A stretch of DNA of 64,000 bases from Acidimicrobiia bacterium (GTDB taxonomy: Bacteria > Actinomycetota > Acidimicrobiia > IMCC26256 > PALSA-610): the NCBI GenBank assembly GCA_036271555.1, contig DATBAK010000015.1:1011-65010 (forward strand). Reading direction: 5' to 3'. The notes beneath the pieces were generated by a model. That model did not search any database. It saw only the letters and a program-made list of their open reading frames with translations, and was not told the origin of the DNA. Shown here in pieces: positions 20,331-29,889 of the stretch. The number at the start of each line of letters is the position of its first letter. The stretch's first letter is position 1. The position numbers were made by a program, and so were the translations under genes.

Positions 20331-20405
20331 TGGTCGCACCGCTCCGCGGCGCGGGATGGGAACGAGCGAGGTCGCGCCGCTCGCTCCACTCACGCGCGCT
20401 CGCGG
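20331..20405 (+). repeat. REP-like repeat, family B (degenerate)
   Basis: TGGTCGCACCGCTCCGCGGCGCGGGATGGGAACGAGC..GCTCGCTCCACTC, between convergent genes. Confidence 0.65.
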
Positions 20406-20410
20406 CTGCG

Positions 20411-20632
20411 TCAGGCCGGCGTGACCGCCGATGCTTCCCACCGGCCGAGGCCGGGGGTGACCGCGAACTTCACGCGCGTGCCGACGGCGATGTCGCGCGT
20501 GCCGTCGGCGATCGCGGTGCAGTGGAACGCGAAGTGCTCGCCGCCCTCGTCGACGACCACGCCGATACCGCGGTCTGCGTCGAACGCCTCGACCGCGCCG
20601 GCGCGGTCGTGTTCGGTGACTGCCGCGTTCAC
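20411..20632 (-). CDS. small cold-shock-domain-like protein
   Basis: GAVEAFDADRGIG..FAFHCTAI..VKF resembles RNP1/RNP2 of CSD proteins; GTGA overlap with hisG; not listed as a separate ORF in the track. Confidence 0.7.
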   Translation of the reverse strand: MNAAVTEHDRAGAVEAFDADRGIGVVVDEGGEHFAFHCTAIADGTRDIAVGTRVKFAVTPGLGRWEASAVTPA

Positions 20633-21504
20633 GCGACGATCTTGGAGATCGGCAGCTCGATGATCCCGGTCGCGCCGGCGTCCTTGAGCGCGGGGATGAG
20701 GATGTTGATCTCCGCCTTCGGCACGACGGTCTCGACCGCGTAGGCGTCGGCGCCGAACAGCTTCGACACCGTCGGCGACTTCATCGACGGCAGGATCTCG
20801 ATCACCGCGTCGAGGTTCGCCTCGTCGACATTGAGCTTCACGAGCACCCGGCCGCGCGCTTCGAGCGCACCCGCGAGCAGCGTCTGGAGTTGCTCCATCG
20901 CGCGGCGCTTCTCGACGTCGGCGTACGCGAGGGGGTTGGCGATGAGCTCGGTGTACGAGACGAGGATCGTGTCGAGGATCGTGAGACCCGCGGCGCGCAG
21001 CGCGCGGCCGGTCTCGGTGATCTCCACGACCGCGTCGGCGATCTCGGGGATCTTCGCCTCCGTCGCGCCGTACGACAGCGAGACCTCCGCCTGCACGCCG
21101 TGCTTCTCGAGGAAGCGGCGGGTCAGCTCGGGATACTCGGTGTGCACGCGCACACCCACCGGCAGCGACTCGACCCGCGTCCACGGCGAGTCGCCCGCGA
21201 CCGCGAGGACCATCTTGATCGGGCGGGCCGTCGCCTTCGAGTAGTGGAGCTCGGTGAGCGTCGTGACCTCGGCGCCGGTCTCCTCGATCCAGTCCCGGCC
21301 GGTGATGCCGACGTCGAAGAGCCCGTTCGCCACGTAGCGCGGGATCTCCTGCGGGCGCAGGATGCGGACGTCGACGACGCGCGGGTCGTCGATGGTGGCG
21401 CGGTAGTCGACGTCGGACGAGCGCACGACCGGGAGGTCGGCGTCCTCGAAGAGTTGGAGCGTGGCCTTCTCGAGGGAGCCCTTCGGCAGTACGAGTCGCA
21501 ACAT
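20629..21504 (-). CDS. hisG: ATP phosphoribosyltransferase (long form)
   Basis: LPKGSL, DVGITGRD, GATE and ETGRALRAAGL, with the C-terminal regulatory domain. Confidence 0.95.
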   Translation of the reverse strand: MLRLVLPKGSLEKATLQLFEDADLPVVRSSDVDYRATIDDPRVVDVRILRPQEIPRYVANGLFDVGITGRDWIEETGAEVTTLTELHYSKATARPIKMVLAVAGDSPWTRVESLPVGVRVHTEYPELTRRFLEKHGVQAEVSLSYGATEAKIPEIADAVVEITETGRALRAAGLTILDTILVSYTELIANPLAYADVEKRRAMEQLQTLLAGALEARGRVLVKLNVDEANLDAVIEILPSMKSPTVSKLFGADAYAVETVVPKAEINILIPALKDAGATGIIELPISKIVA

Positions 21505-21566
21505 CGGCAGATGAGGCTAACCGGGCGTCCGCCCGACCATGGATCGATTCAGCTCGTGGGTCGCCG

Positions 21567-23159
21567 CTACCGCACCTTGGGCAGCAGGAGGATGCGGAGC
21601 GCCGAGCCGTTCGAGCCGTTGGTGCCGTGCGGCACCGGTACGGGGAGCGGCTTGCACGTCGCGTCGGGCCCGTTGCCGGACTTGCGGGTCGGCAAGGTGC
21701 CGTCGGCGAGGTAGCGGGCGATCGTGTTGTCGACGCAGGCGTCACCGAACAGCGTGTCGGCGTGCGTCGTGCCGCCCGGCTCCGCGAGCAGGCTCGACTT
21801 CGGGAAGCGCTTCCGCACCTCGAGGCTGCCCTCGAACGGCGTCGCGGCGTCGAGCGTCTCGTCGACGAGCAGCGCGCGGATGTTGCCGCCCTTCACGGTC
21901 ACCGGCGTGCCCGCCTTCGCCGGCCAGTGCAGGCACGGCGCGTTGAACCACGCGTTGGCCCACGTCTCGAAGGGCGCGATGCGGTCGGTGCGCCAGTTGT
22001 CGCGCGACCACGTGCTCCACTTCTGCGGCCACTGCACGTCGGAGCACTGCACCGCGTTGTACATCGCGTACTCGTTGTCGTCACCGATCGACTCGGTGCC
22101 CTTGTACTCCGCGACGAGTGGCCCGATCTTGTGCGTGCGCACCCAGTTCGAGAAGAGCGAGCCCAGGTCGAGCCAGGTCTGCTCGTAGTAGCCCGCGCCG
22201 AGGAAGATGTCGTCCCACTCGTCGGAGCCGACGACGCCACCGGCCGGTGACTTCGCGAGCGCCTGCTCTTCCTCCAAGAAGGTCTGGCGCACCGCGTCCT
22301 CGGTCTTGCCGAGGTGGTACACGTTGTCGTACTTCGCGACCCACGCGAACCAGATGCCCATGTTGCGCTCGAAGGCGACGTCCTGGTTGAGGTTCGCGTC
22401 GTACCAGACGTTGCGCGGGTCGACGTTGCTGTCGAGCACGATCCGGCGCACGTGCGTCGGGAAGAGCGTGCTGTACACCTGCCCGAGGTAGGTGCCGTAC
22501 GAGAAGCCGTAGTAGTTGATCTGCTTGGCACCGAGCGCGACTCGGATCGTGTCCATGTCGCGCGCCCAGTCGGTCGACTTCGTGTTCTGGAGCAGCGCGG
22601 CCTGGTCCTTGCCGCACGCGTTCGCGTACTGCTTCGAACGCGTCAGCCACTCGTCGAGGATCTTCGGGCTCGTCGGCCGGTACGACGGCCGCGGACCCTG
22701 GTTGTAGTTCGGGAGGCACGACAGCGACGGCTTGCTCGAGCCGACACCCCGCGGGTCGAAGCCGATCCAGTCGTACGCGTCGCCCGCGTGCTTCGGCACG
22801 AACTGCCCGAGGATCGAGTAGATGAGCCCGGACGCGCCGGGCCCGCCGGGGTTCAGGAGCATCACGCCCTGGTACTGCGATGCGGGGACCGTGTGCTTCA
22901 CGCGCGACACCGCGAGCTTGACCGTGCCCGAGCCGGGGTGGCTGTAGCTCAGCGGCGCGGACACGAAGCCGCACTGCGCGTGGGCCTGCTGGAGGTTCGG
23001 GTCCGAGCACGGACCCCACGTGATCGCCGAGGCCGCCGAGGTCGCCGCGTGCGGCGCGGGCGCTGCGGTCGTCGCGCCGGCGCTCACCGCCTCGGGCACC
23101 AACCCCACCGTCGCCAGCAGCATCGCAATGACCGCGCCGAGCACCACACCACGTCGCAC
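21567..23159 (-). CDS. secreted alpha/beta hydrolase (TAP-like tripeptidyl aminopeptidase family)
   Basis: Signal peptide; NPGGPG, FDPRGVG, GFSYGT nucleophile elbow and DAATP. Confidence 0.9.
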   Translation of the reverse strand: MRRGVVLGAVIAMLLATVGLVPEAVSAGATTAAPAPHAATSAASAITWGPCSDPNLQQAHAQCGFVSAPLSYSHPGSGTVKLAVSRVKHTVPASQYQGVMLLNPGGPGASGLIYSILGQFVPKHAGDAYDWIGFDPRGVGSSKPSLSCLPNYNQGPRPSYRPTSPKILDEWLTRSKQYANACGKDQAALLQNTKSTDWARDMDTIRVALGAKQINYYGFSYGTYLGQVYSTLFPTHVRRIVLDSNVDPRNVWYDANLNQDVAFERNMGIWFAWVAKYDNVYHLGKTEDAVRQTFLEEEQALAKSPAGGVVGSDEWDDIFLGAGYYEQTWLDLGSLFSNWVRTHKIGPLVAEYKGTESIGDDNEYAMYNAVQCSDVQWPQKWSTWSRDNWRTDRIAPFETWANAWFNAPCLHWPAKAGTPVTVKGGNIRALLVDETLDAATPFEGSLEVRKRFPKSSLLAEPGGTTHADTLFGDACVDNTIARYLADGTLPTRKSGNGPDATCKPLPVPVPHGTNGSNGSALRILLLPKVR

Positions 23160-23252
23160 GAGACGTCCTCCCTTTCGCCACGTACCGCTGGGCGCCGAGT
23201 GTGCCGACGGCGCGCGCGGTCCGTCAAGGGTCGGACGGAATGCGGCCTTTGT

Positions 23253-23918
23253 TCAGGGAGACGGCGGCGGGTCTTCGAGCAATCCGAGCAGGTGGCCGAG
23301 CTTCCGCTCCTTCGCCCGCAGGTACTCGATGTTGTCGCGCGTCGGCGTGCTCACGAGCGGGACCCGCTCCGCGACTTCGATGCCGTAGCCCTCGATGACC
23401 TCGCACTTGCGCGGGTTGTTCGTCATCAGTCGCACCGACTCGACGCCGAGGTCGAGCAGGATCAGCGCGCCGATGCCGTACTCGCGACTGTCGGCCGGAA
23501 GACCGAGCTCCAGGTTCGCCTCGACCGTGTCGCGGCCTTGTTCCTGCAGCGCGTACGCGCGCAACTTCTGACCGAGACCGATGCCGCGACCCTCGTGACC
23601 GCGCAGGTACACGACGACGCCGAGCTCTGCGGCGGCGACGCGCGCGAGCGCGAGGTCGAGCTGCGGTCCGCAGTCGCAACGCAACGAGCCGAACACGTCG
23701 CCGGTGAGACATTCGGAGTGCACGCGCACGAGCACCTGCTCCGCGCCCGCGGGCTCACCGCGAACGAACGCGACGTGCTCGGTGCCGTCGGGCAGCGACT
23801 CGTAGACGTGCGCGGTGAACTCGCCGTGCGCGGTCGGGATGTGCGCGGCGGCGACTCGGCGCACGAGCTGCGCGGCCGGACCCCCGAACCGGATCTCGAT
23901 GGGATTGACGCGCGTCAC
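23253..23918 (-). CDS. ribA: GTP cyclohydrolase II (stand-alone, no DHBP synthase domain)
   Basis: [27 protein letters not shown] and TNNPRK. Confidence 0.93.
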   Translation of the reverse strand: MTRVNPIEIRFGGPAAQLVRRVAAAHIPTAHGEFTAHVYESLPDGTEHVAFVRGEPAGAEQVLVRVHSECLTGDVFGSLRCDCGPQLDLALARVAAAELGVVVYLRGHEGRGIGLGQKLRAYALQEQGRDTVEANLELGLPADSREYGIGALILLDLGVESVRLMTNNPRKCEVIEGYGIEVAERVPLVSTPTRDNIEYLRAKERKLGHLLGLLEDPPPSP

Positions 23919-23968
23919 GTGAGGATTCTGACCGCTCGTGCGGGGGGACGCGAACACGAGGCGCTCAC
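23915..23968 (-). other. putative relay mini-ORF (17 aa, [17 protein letters not shown]) between ribD and ribA
   Basis: GTGA overlap at both ends (23965-68 and 23915-18); 54 nt, open. Confidence 0.45.
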
Positions 23969-25143
23969 GGCGGCTCGTACTCGAGGCAGACGTCGTCGCC
24001 GAGCGGTCTCGCCCGCACGAGTCGGTAGCGGGGCGCGGCGGCGAGCGCGGGCCCCGGATCGAGGCCGTACCCGGCCCGACCACCGGCGCCGAGGAGCATC
24101 GGCGCGACGTAGGCGACGATGCGGTCGACCGGCCCGGTCGCGAGCAACGCGGCGTGGACCGTCGGGCCACCCTCGACCAACGCCTGCAGCACACCCCTCG
24201 CGCCGAGGCGGACGAGCAGATCGACGAGATCGACTCCGGAGCCGCCGGGGCCCGGGCCGAGGAGCTCGACCGCCGCGCCCGCCGCCTCCCAAGCCGCGCG
24301 CGCCGCGCCCGAGGACCGCTCGGTGGTGAACACGAGCGTGGGTGCCAGCGACGGATCGAAGAGCGGACCGGACGCGGGAACCCGTCCCCGGGCGTCGAGC
24401 AGCACACGGAGCGGTGGCGGCCCCAACGGTCCGGTCACCTCGCGTATCGAGAGCGCAGGGAGGTCGGCGAGCGCGGTGCCGGAGCCGACGATCACCGCTT
24501 GCCCGTCGGCCCGGAGCGCGTGCGCGTCGGCGCGCGCGGCCGCTCCGGTGATCCAGCGTGACTCGCCGTCGGCCGCGGCGACGCGCCCGTCGAGGCTCGT
24601 CGCGCTCTTGAGCACCACAAAGCTCCGACCCTCGCGGCGGTGGACGATGTACGGCGCGAGCTGCGCGGCGGCATCGCGCGCGCCGTCGCCGACGTCGACG
24701 ACGATCCCCGAGGCACGCAGCGCGGCGAAGCCGCGTCCCGCGACGTGCGGATCGGGATCTTCGAGCGCGCTGACGACGCGCGCGACGCCCGCGGCGGCGA
24801 GCGCGTTCGTGCACGGACCGGTGCGGCCGACGTGCACGCAAGGCTCGAGCGTCGTGAAGACCTCGGCGCCGCGCGCGCGCTCACCCGCCTGCTCGAGCGC
24901 GATCACCTCCGCGTGCGCGCCACCCGGCGGGCGCGTCGCGCCCTCCCCCACCACGACACCGTCCTTCACGATCACGCATCCGACCCACGGGTTCGGCGCG
25001 GTGAGCCGCCGCACGCCGCGCGCGAGCTCGAGCGCGCGCGCCATGAACGTGGTCGTGCTCGCTTCGCTCGCCGCTCCGTGACGCGTGACGGGAGTGAGCC
25101 GGGTCGAGTGCTCGCTCCGCTCGCCGCTCGTCGCTTCAGTCAA
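23965..25143 (-). CDS. ribD: bifunctional pyrimidine deaminase/reductase, with a probable repeat-derived N-terminal extension
   Basis: PNPWVG, HAE, TLEPC..GRTGPC, SLDG, WITG and VEGG; TTG start overlaps the mog stop (alternative ATG at 25044). Confidence 0.93.
   Translation of the reverse strand: MTEATSGERSEHSTRLTPVTRHGAASEASTTTFMARALELARGVRRLTAPNPWVGCVIVKDGVVVGEGATRPPGGAHAEVIALEQAGERARGAEVFTTLEPCVHVGRTGPCTNALAAAGVARVVSALEDPDPHVAGRGFAALRASGIVVDVGDGARDAAAQLAPYIVHRREGRSFVVLKSATSLDGRVAAADGESRWITGAAARADAHALRADGQAVIVGSGTALADLPALSIREVTGPLGPPPLRVLLDARGRVPASGPLFDPSLAPTLVFTTERSSGAARAAWEAAGAAVELLGPGPGGSGVDLVDLLVRLGARGVLQALVEGGPTVHAALLATGPVDRIVAYVAPMLLGAGGRAGYGLDPGPALAAAPRYRLVRARPLGDDVCLEYEPP
25050..25125 (+). 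repeat. REP-like repeat, family B, inside the 5' end of the ribD frame
   Basis: TGGTCGTGCTCGCTTCGCTCGCCGCTCCGTGACGCGTGACGGGAGTGAGCC, very similar to the 3805 copy. Confidence 0.8.
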
Positions 25144-25625
25144 TGAGGTCGGCCACCGGCCAGCAGTTCGAGCGCGTGGTCGACGACGGGCAGCACGACT
25201 TCCATCGCCTCCCGCGCGCCGCCGGTGCTCCCGGGACAGTTCACGATGAGCGTCGCACCGATGCAGCCCGCGGTCGCGCGCGAGAGCATCCCGAACCCGC
25301 GGCCGCCGTCGTTGCTCGCGATGCGGATCGCCTCGGCGAATCCGGGCGCGGGCCGTTCGATCACCGCCGCCGTACCCTCGGGCGTGAGGTCGCGCGGACC
25401 GAACCCGGTGCCGCCCGTCGTCACGACGAGCCCGGCGAAACCGGCGCTGAGCTCGCGCAACGCGGCCGCCACCGAGTCGACACCGTCGGCGACCGCGCGC
25501 CGGTCGACGACGACGAATCCCGCGTCCTGGAGCACCTCGACGAGCACGTCGCCCGATCGGTCCTCGCGCGTGCCCTCGATCACGCCGTCGGAGACGGTGA
25601 GAACCTTCGCTTCGCGCGCCGTCAT
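25140..25625 (-). CDS. MogA/MoaB family molybdenum cofactor biosynthesis protein
   Basis: LTVSD, DRSG, TTGGTGFGPRDLTPE, LSR and NCPGS. Confidence 0.92.
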   Translation of the reverse strand: MTAREAKVLTVSDGVIEGTREDRSGDVLVEVLQDAGFVVVDRRAVADGVDSVAAALRELSAGFAGLVVTTGGTGFGPRDLTPEGTAAVIERPAPGFAEAIRIASNDGGRGFGMLSRATAGCIGATLIVNCPGSTGGAREAMEVVLPVVDHALELLAGGRPH

Positions 25626-25639
25626 CGGCACCCGGTCAT
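25622..25639 (-). other. putative relay mini-ORF (5 aa, MTGCR) between rpe and mog
   Basis: ATG ACC GGG TGC CGA TGA; ATGA overlap with the rpe stop and with the mog start. Confidence 0.45.
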
Positions 25640-26292
25640 CGGCGCGCGCCGGCGACCGCGTCGCGGAGCGCACGCGCGGCCGCGGCCGGGTCGGGGTTGC
25701 CGAACACCGCGGTGCCTGCGACGAGGATGTCGACACCCGCCTCGGCCGCGCTCGGCGCGGTGTCGAGGCTGACGCCGCCGTCGATCTCGATCTCGACCGG
25801 AAGCGCGCGCTCGTCGATCTGCCGGCGCGCGGCGCGCACCTTGTCGAGCACCGACGGGATGAACGGCTGGCCACCGAAACCGGTGTGCACGCTCATCACG
25901 AGCAGCACGTCGATCTCGTCGAGATACGGCTCGACCGCGGCGAACGCCGTTTCCGGCTCGAGCGTGAGCCCGACGCGCATGCCGAGCGCTCGGATGCGCT
26001 CGAACAGCGGACGCGGATCGCCGAGCTCGACGTGCACGGTGCAGCCGTCGGCGCCCGCGTCGGCGAACGCGTCGAGCAGGTCGCCGGGGTTCGACACCAT
26101 GAGATGGCAGTCGAGGTAGAGGTCGGTGCGCTTGCGGAGCGACTTCACGACCGGCGGGCCGATGGTGAGGTTCGGCACGTAGTGACCGTCCATGCAGTCA
26201 ACGTGGAGCAGGTCCGATTCCGCGGCGACGCGCTCGACCTCGGCGGCCAGCTCCGCGAAGTCGGCGGCGAGGATGGACGGCGCGATCTTCAC
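25636..26292 (-). CDS. rpe: ribulose-phosphate 3-epimerase
   Basis: IAPSILAADF, HVDCMDGHYVPN, DCHLM, GFGGQ and DGG. Confidence 0.96.
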   Translation of the reverse strand: MKIAPSILAADFAELAAEVERVAAESDLLHVDCMDGHYVPNLTIGPPVVKSLRKRTDLYLDCHLMVSNPGDLLDAFADAGADGCTVHVELGDPRPLFERIRALGMRVGLTLEPETAFAAVEPYLDEIDVLLVMSVHTGFGGQPFIPSVLDKVRAARRQIDERALPVEIEIDGGVSLDTAPSAAEAGVDILVAGTAVFGNPDPAAAARALRDAVAGARR

Positions 26293-26331
26293 CCGGCCGA
26301 GGCTAATGGGCGGGCCGCGACCAACCGGGCG

Positions 26332-26389
26332 CCAGTGGTACTGCGTTACCCGGCGATACGCCGGTAACGCAGTACCACTAAGAACGGCG
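26332..26389 (-). repeat. hairpin / MITE-like element, copy 2
   Basis: CGCCGTTCTTAGTGGTACTGCGTTACC..GGTAACGCAGTACCACT; matches 13688-13745. Confidence 0.85.
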
Positions 26390-27679
26390 GAGGTGCAGCA
26401 CGAACATGCCGTCGGTGCCGGCGTCGGACGGGAGCAGCAGCGCGCCGCGACCGTGCGCGCGCCACGGCGAGCCCGGCGGCGGGAGCGGCGCGAGCTCCGG
26501 ATGGGTCGCGGCGAGCCATTCGTCGACGCCGAGCGTCTCGGCCGCGGCGTAGGTGCACACCGCGTACACGAGCCGACCGCCGGGCGCGACGGCCGCGATC
26601 GCGGACGCGAGGAGATCGCGCTGGATCGCCGCGAGCGTCTCGACGTCGGCGGGTTGGATGCGCCAGCGCGCGTCGGGACGCCGGCGCAGCGCGCCGAGTC
26701 CGCTGCAGGGGGCATCGACGAGTACCGCGTCGAACGCCTCGGCGGGTACCGGCAGCGCCCGACCGTCGGCTGCGAGCGGCGCGACGGAACCGAGCCGCAG
26801 GCGCTGCGCCGCCTCCTTGATCCTGCCGACACGCGCCCGGTGCAGGTCGGCGGCGACGACGAGCACGTGGTCGCGCGTCCACTCCGCGATCGCAGTCGAC
26901 TTGCCGCCCGGCGCGGCCGCGACGTCGAGCACGCGCGCGCCGTCGCGCAGTTCACGGGCGACGAGTTGCGCGACGGCCTGACTGGCCTCGTCCTGCGGTG
27001 TGGCTCGACCGTTGCGAACCGCGTCGAGCGCGCCGACATCGCCGACGCCGGTGACGACGAGCGCGTCGGGCAGCAGGCGTCCCGCCTCGACGCGAGCACC
27101 GGCGTCGCGCAGCGGCCGCGCGACGTCGGCGGGCGTCGCGCGCATCGGGTTCACCCGCAGGGTCACGGCCGGCGGGGTGTCGGACGTCTCCAACACGGCG
27201 ACGGCGGTCTCGGAACCGAACTGGGACACCAGGAGCTCGACGATCCAATCCGGCTGCGAATAGCGGACACCGAGCGCTTCGACGCCGTCGCCCGCGGGCC
27301 ACGGCCACGGCGGCCCCGCGCGCGCGACCGCGCGCAGCACACCGTTCACATAGCCGCGGGCGCGCGGCTGCACGGCCGCGACGGTCTCGCTCACCGCCGC
27401 GTGCGCGGGCACGCCTTCGACGAGCTGGTACGCGCCGATCCGCAGCGCCGCGAGCACGCGCGACTCGAGCTTGAGCAACGGTTGCGACGAGCGCGGCGCG
27501 AGCAGATGGTCGAGCGCACGCCGCTTGCGAACGGTGCCGTACACGAGGTCGGTCGCGAAGGCGCGGTCGCGCGCGTCGAGGCCGGAGTCGCGCAACAACT
27601 CGGGCAGCGCGAGGTTGGCGTAGGCGCCGTGCTCGACGCGTTGGAGCGCGTGCAGCGCGATCGAGCGCGCGTCCGTCAT
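26378..27679 (-). CDS. rsmB: RsmB/Sun family 16S rRNA m5C methyltransferase
   Basis: NusB-like N-domain; QDEAS, LDVAAAPGGK, DAPCSGLG and VYAVC; follows fmt. Confidence 0.9.
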   Translation of the reverse strand: MTDARSIALHALQRVEHGAYANLALPELLRDSGLDARDRAFATDLVYGTVRKRRALDHLLAPRSSQPLLKLESRVLAALRIGAYQLVEGVPAHAAVSETVAAVQPRARGYVNGVLRAVARAGPPWPWPAGDGVEALGVRYSQPDWIVELLVSQFGSETAVAVLETSDTPPAVTLRVNPMRATPADVARPLRDAGARVEAGRLLPDALVVTGVGDVGALDAVRNGRATPQDEASQAVAQLVARELRDGARVLDVAAAPGGKSTAIAEWTRDHVLVVAADLHRARVGRIKEAAQRLRLGSVAPLAADGRALPVPAEAFDAVLVDAPCSGLGALRRRPDARWRIQPADVETLAAIQRDLLASAIAAVAPGGRLVYAVCTYAAAETLGVDEWLAATHPELAPLPPPGSPWRAHGRGALLLPSDAGTDGMFVLHLRRS

Positions 27680-28578
27680 CGGGAGTCGAGCCGGCGCGCG
27701 TCGCGCGCGACGCCGGCGACGAAAGCGGCTCCGGTCATCGCACGCTTGCCCTCGGGCTGCACGTCGTCGAGCACGAGCACGCCGTCGGCGGTTGCGAGCG
27801 CGCCCGACTTCGTGAGGGTTCCGACCGCTTGGTCGCCCGCGTTCGCCGAGTGCGCGCGCCACACCTTCAGCCGCCGACCTGCGACCATGCACCACGCACC
27901 CGGACGCGGGTTGCCCGCGCGCACGAGGCGCGCGAGCTCGGCGGCCGGACGCGCCGGATCGAGCGCGAACTCGTCGACCGAGAGCTTCTCCGCGTAGGTC
28001 GTCTCACCGGCCTGCGGTTCCGGCGCGCGTCCCGGCACCGAGTCGAGGTGGTCGACGAGCAGCTGCGTGCCCGCAGCGACGAGGCGCGCGTGGAGCTCAC
28101 CGGCGGTCTCGTCGTCGCCGATCGGCACGCGCACCGACGCGTAGACACCACCGGTGTCGAGCCCTGCTTCGACGTCCATGAGACAGACGCCCGTCTCGGC
28201 GTCGCCCGCGAGGATCGCCCGCTCGACCGGTGCGGCGCCGCGCCAGCGCGGGAGCAACGAGAAGTGGAGGTTCACGAACCCGTCGGGCAGCGCGGCGAGG
28301 AACGCGGGCCGCAGGATCTGGCCGTACGCAACGACGACGCCGAGGGTCGCGCCGCTCGCCTCGAGATCGGCGATCGCGTCGGACGACCGCGCCGGCGTGA
28401 CGACCGGCAACCCGAGCTCGAGTGCCGCGACCTTCACCGGGCTACCGCTCGCCGCAGTGCCGCGTCCCCGGCGCGCGTCGGGGCGCGTGACGACGAGCGC
28501 GACTTCGTGCCCCGCGTCGACCAGCGCGCGCAGCGGCGGCACCGAGTCGGCCGGACTCCCGAGATAGACGATCTTCAA
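27676..28578 (-). CDS. fmt: methionyl-tRNA formyltransferase
   Basis: VVTRPD, VAYG, NLHFSLLPRWRGAAP and GLDTG. Confidence 0.96.
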   Translation of the reverse strand: MKIVYLGSPADSVPPLRALVDAGHEVALVVTRPDARRGRGTAASGSPVKVAALELGLPVVTPARSSDAIADLEASGATLGVVVAYGQILRPAFLAALPDGFVNLHFSLLPRWRGAAPVERAILAGDAETGVCLMDVEAGLDTGGVYASVRVPIGDDETAGELHARLVAAGTQLLVDHLDSVPGRAPEPQAGETTYAEKLSVDEFALDPARPAAELARLVRAGNPRPGAWCMVAGRRLKVWRAHSANAGDQAVGTLTKSGALATADGVLVLDDVQPEGKRAMTGAAFVAGVARDARRLDSR

Positions 28579-28691
28579 CGAGGCGCGACGCGTGACCGGC
28601 TCAGCCCGCGAGCCAAGCGAGCAGGGCGGCCGAGCTCACTTCCATCCCGCGTCACGGAGCGGGGAGCGGAGCGGGCGCGACCAGAGATCAC
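28575..28691 (-). other. putative relay mini-ORF (38 aa) spanning a family B repeat between def and fmt
   Basis: GTG overlaps the def stop; TGA overlaps the fmt TTG (TTGA); the repeat lies at about 28609-28683. Confidence 0.5.
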
Positions 28692-29212
28692 AGCGCGTGG
28701 CGGCGGTCACGACCGACCGGACCGCCGTTCATCACCTGCTCGCGCAGCGTGCGCAACGCGAGCTTGCGGTTGTCGGCGTCGAGGCGCTCGAGCATGAGGA
28801 CGCCGTCGAGATGGTCGATCTCGTGCTGGAACACGCGGCCGAGGAGCTCGTCACCGACGACCGTGACCTCGTCGCCGGCGAGATCCACGCCCGTGATCGT
28901 CACGACCTTCGGCCGCACGATGTCGAACGCGAGGCCCGGAAGCGACAGGCACCCCTCTTCGTACTCCCACTCGCCCTCGGTCTCGGCGATCCGCGGGTTG
29001 GCGATCAGCTGCGGGCCCTCGCCGACGTCGTACACGAAGAAGCGCCGCTGCACTCCCACCTGCGGGGCCGCGAGCCCGACGCCGGGCGCCGCGTACATCG
29101 TCTCGTACATCGCCTCGACGAGCTTGGCGAGCGCGCCGTCGAACTCGGCCACGTCGGCCGCGGGGCGCTTCAGCACCGGGTCGCCGAACAGCCGGATCGG
29201 GTACGTCGCCAT
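28688..29212 (-). CDS. def: peptide deformylase
   Basis: GVGLAAPQ, EGCLS and QHEIDHLDG. Confidence 0.97.
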   Translation of the reverse strand: MATYPIRLFGDPVLKRPAADVAEFDGALAKLVEAMYETMYAAPGVGLAAPQVGVQRRFFVYDVGEGPQLIANPRIAETEGEWEYEEGCLSLPGLAFDIVRPKVVTITGVDLAGDEVTVVGDELLGRVFQHEIDHLDGVLMLERLDADNRKLALRTLREQVMNGGPVGRDRRHAL

Positions 29213-29271
29213 CGTTCGGATGGTATCGGCCGGGCCGGCCCCTTCCTGCGCCCGGCCCGGCGATTTCCGCC

Positions 29272-29889
29272 TCAATCCGTGACGGCGATGTGCGCGGGCG
29301 GATCGGACGAGAGCGAGCGCGTCTCGGCGCCCGTGAGCGGACGACCGAACGACGCGGCCCACACGCACCAACCCGGCGTCTGGTCGAAACAGGCGATCTC
29401 CGCGTTGCGGCGGTCGCCCGACAGCGTCACGGTGACCGCGCGGGGCACGGCGTGGACGATCGACGTCACGATCCCGTCGTCGACGAAGATCGCGAGGCCG
29501 TCGCGGCCGCCGGCCCCGTGCGCATGGTGGACGTCGAGGCTCGCGTACCCGCCGCGAGCGACATCGCGGTGCCCGATGAAGAGCTCCGAACCCGACCGCC
29601 ACACTTCCAGGCCGTCGGAGAATCTCACGCGCGTGCGCGAGGTCGCGATCACGGCCGGCGACGACGCCGGGGCCAGGGTCAGCGCGTCGCCACGGGCGGG
29701 AGTGGACCACGGGTGCACGACGAAGACCGCGGCGGCAAGCGCGATCGTCGCCGCCGCCGCGACTCGGTGCCGCCGGCGCGCGCCGCGCTCACGCCGGCCG
29801 CGGTCCACGAGCCCCCGCGCGTCGATCGGCACGTAATCCGACGGCATCGCGAACAGCTCGCGCAGCTCGTCTTCGATCGTCGTGGTCAT
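29272..29889 (-). CDS. membrane-anchored protein, putative anti-sigma factor
   Basis: EDELRELF N-terminus, Arg-rich stretch then one transmembrane helix; ATGA-coupled to the ECF sigma. Confidence 0.6.
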   Translation of the reverse strand: MTTTIEDELRELFAMPSDYVPIDARGLVDRGRRERGARRRHRVAAAATIALAAAVFVVHPWSTPARGDALTLAPASSPAVIATSRTRVRFSDGLEVWRSGSELFIGHRDVARGGYASLDVHHAHGAGGRDGLAIFVDDGIVTSIVHAVPRAVTVTLSGDRRNAEIACFDQTPGWCVWAASFGRPLTGAETRSLSSDPPAHIAVTD

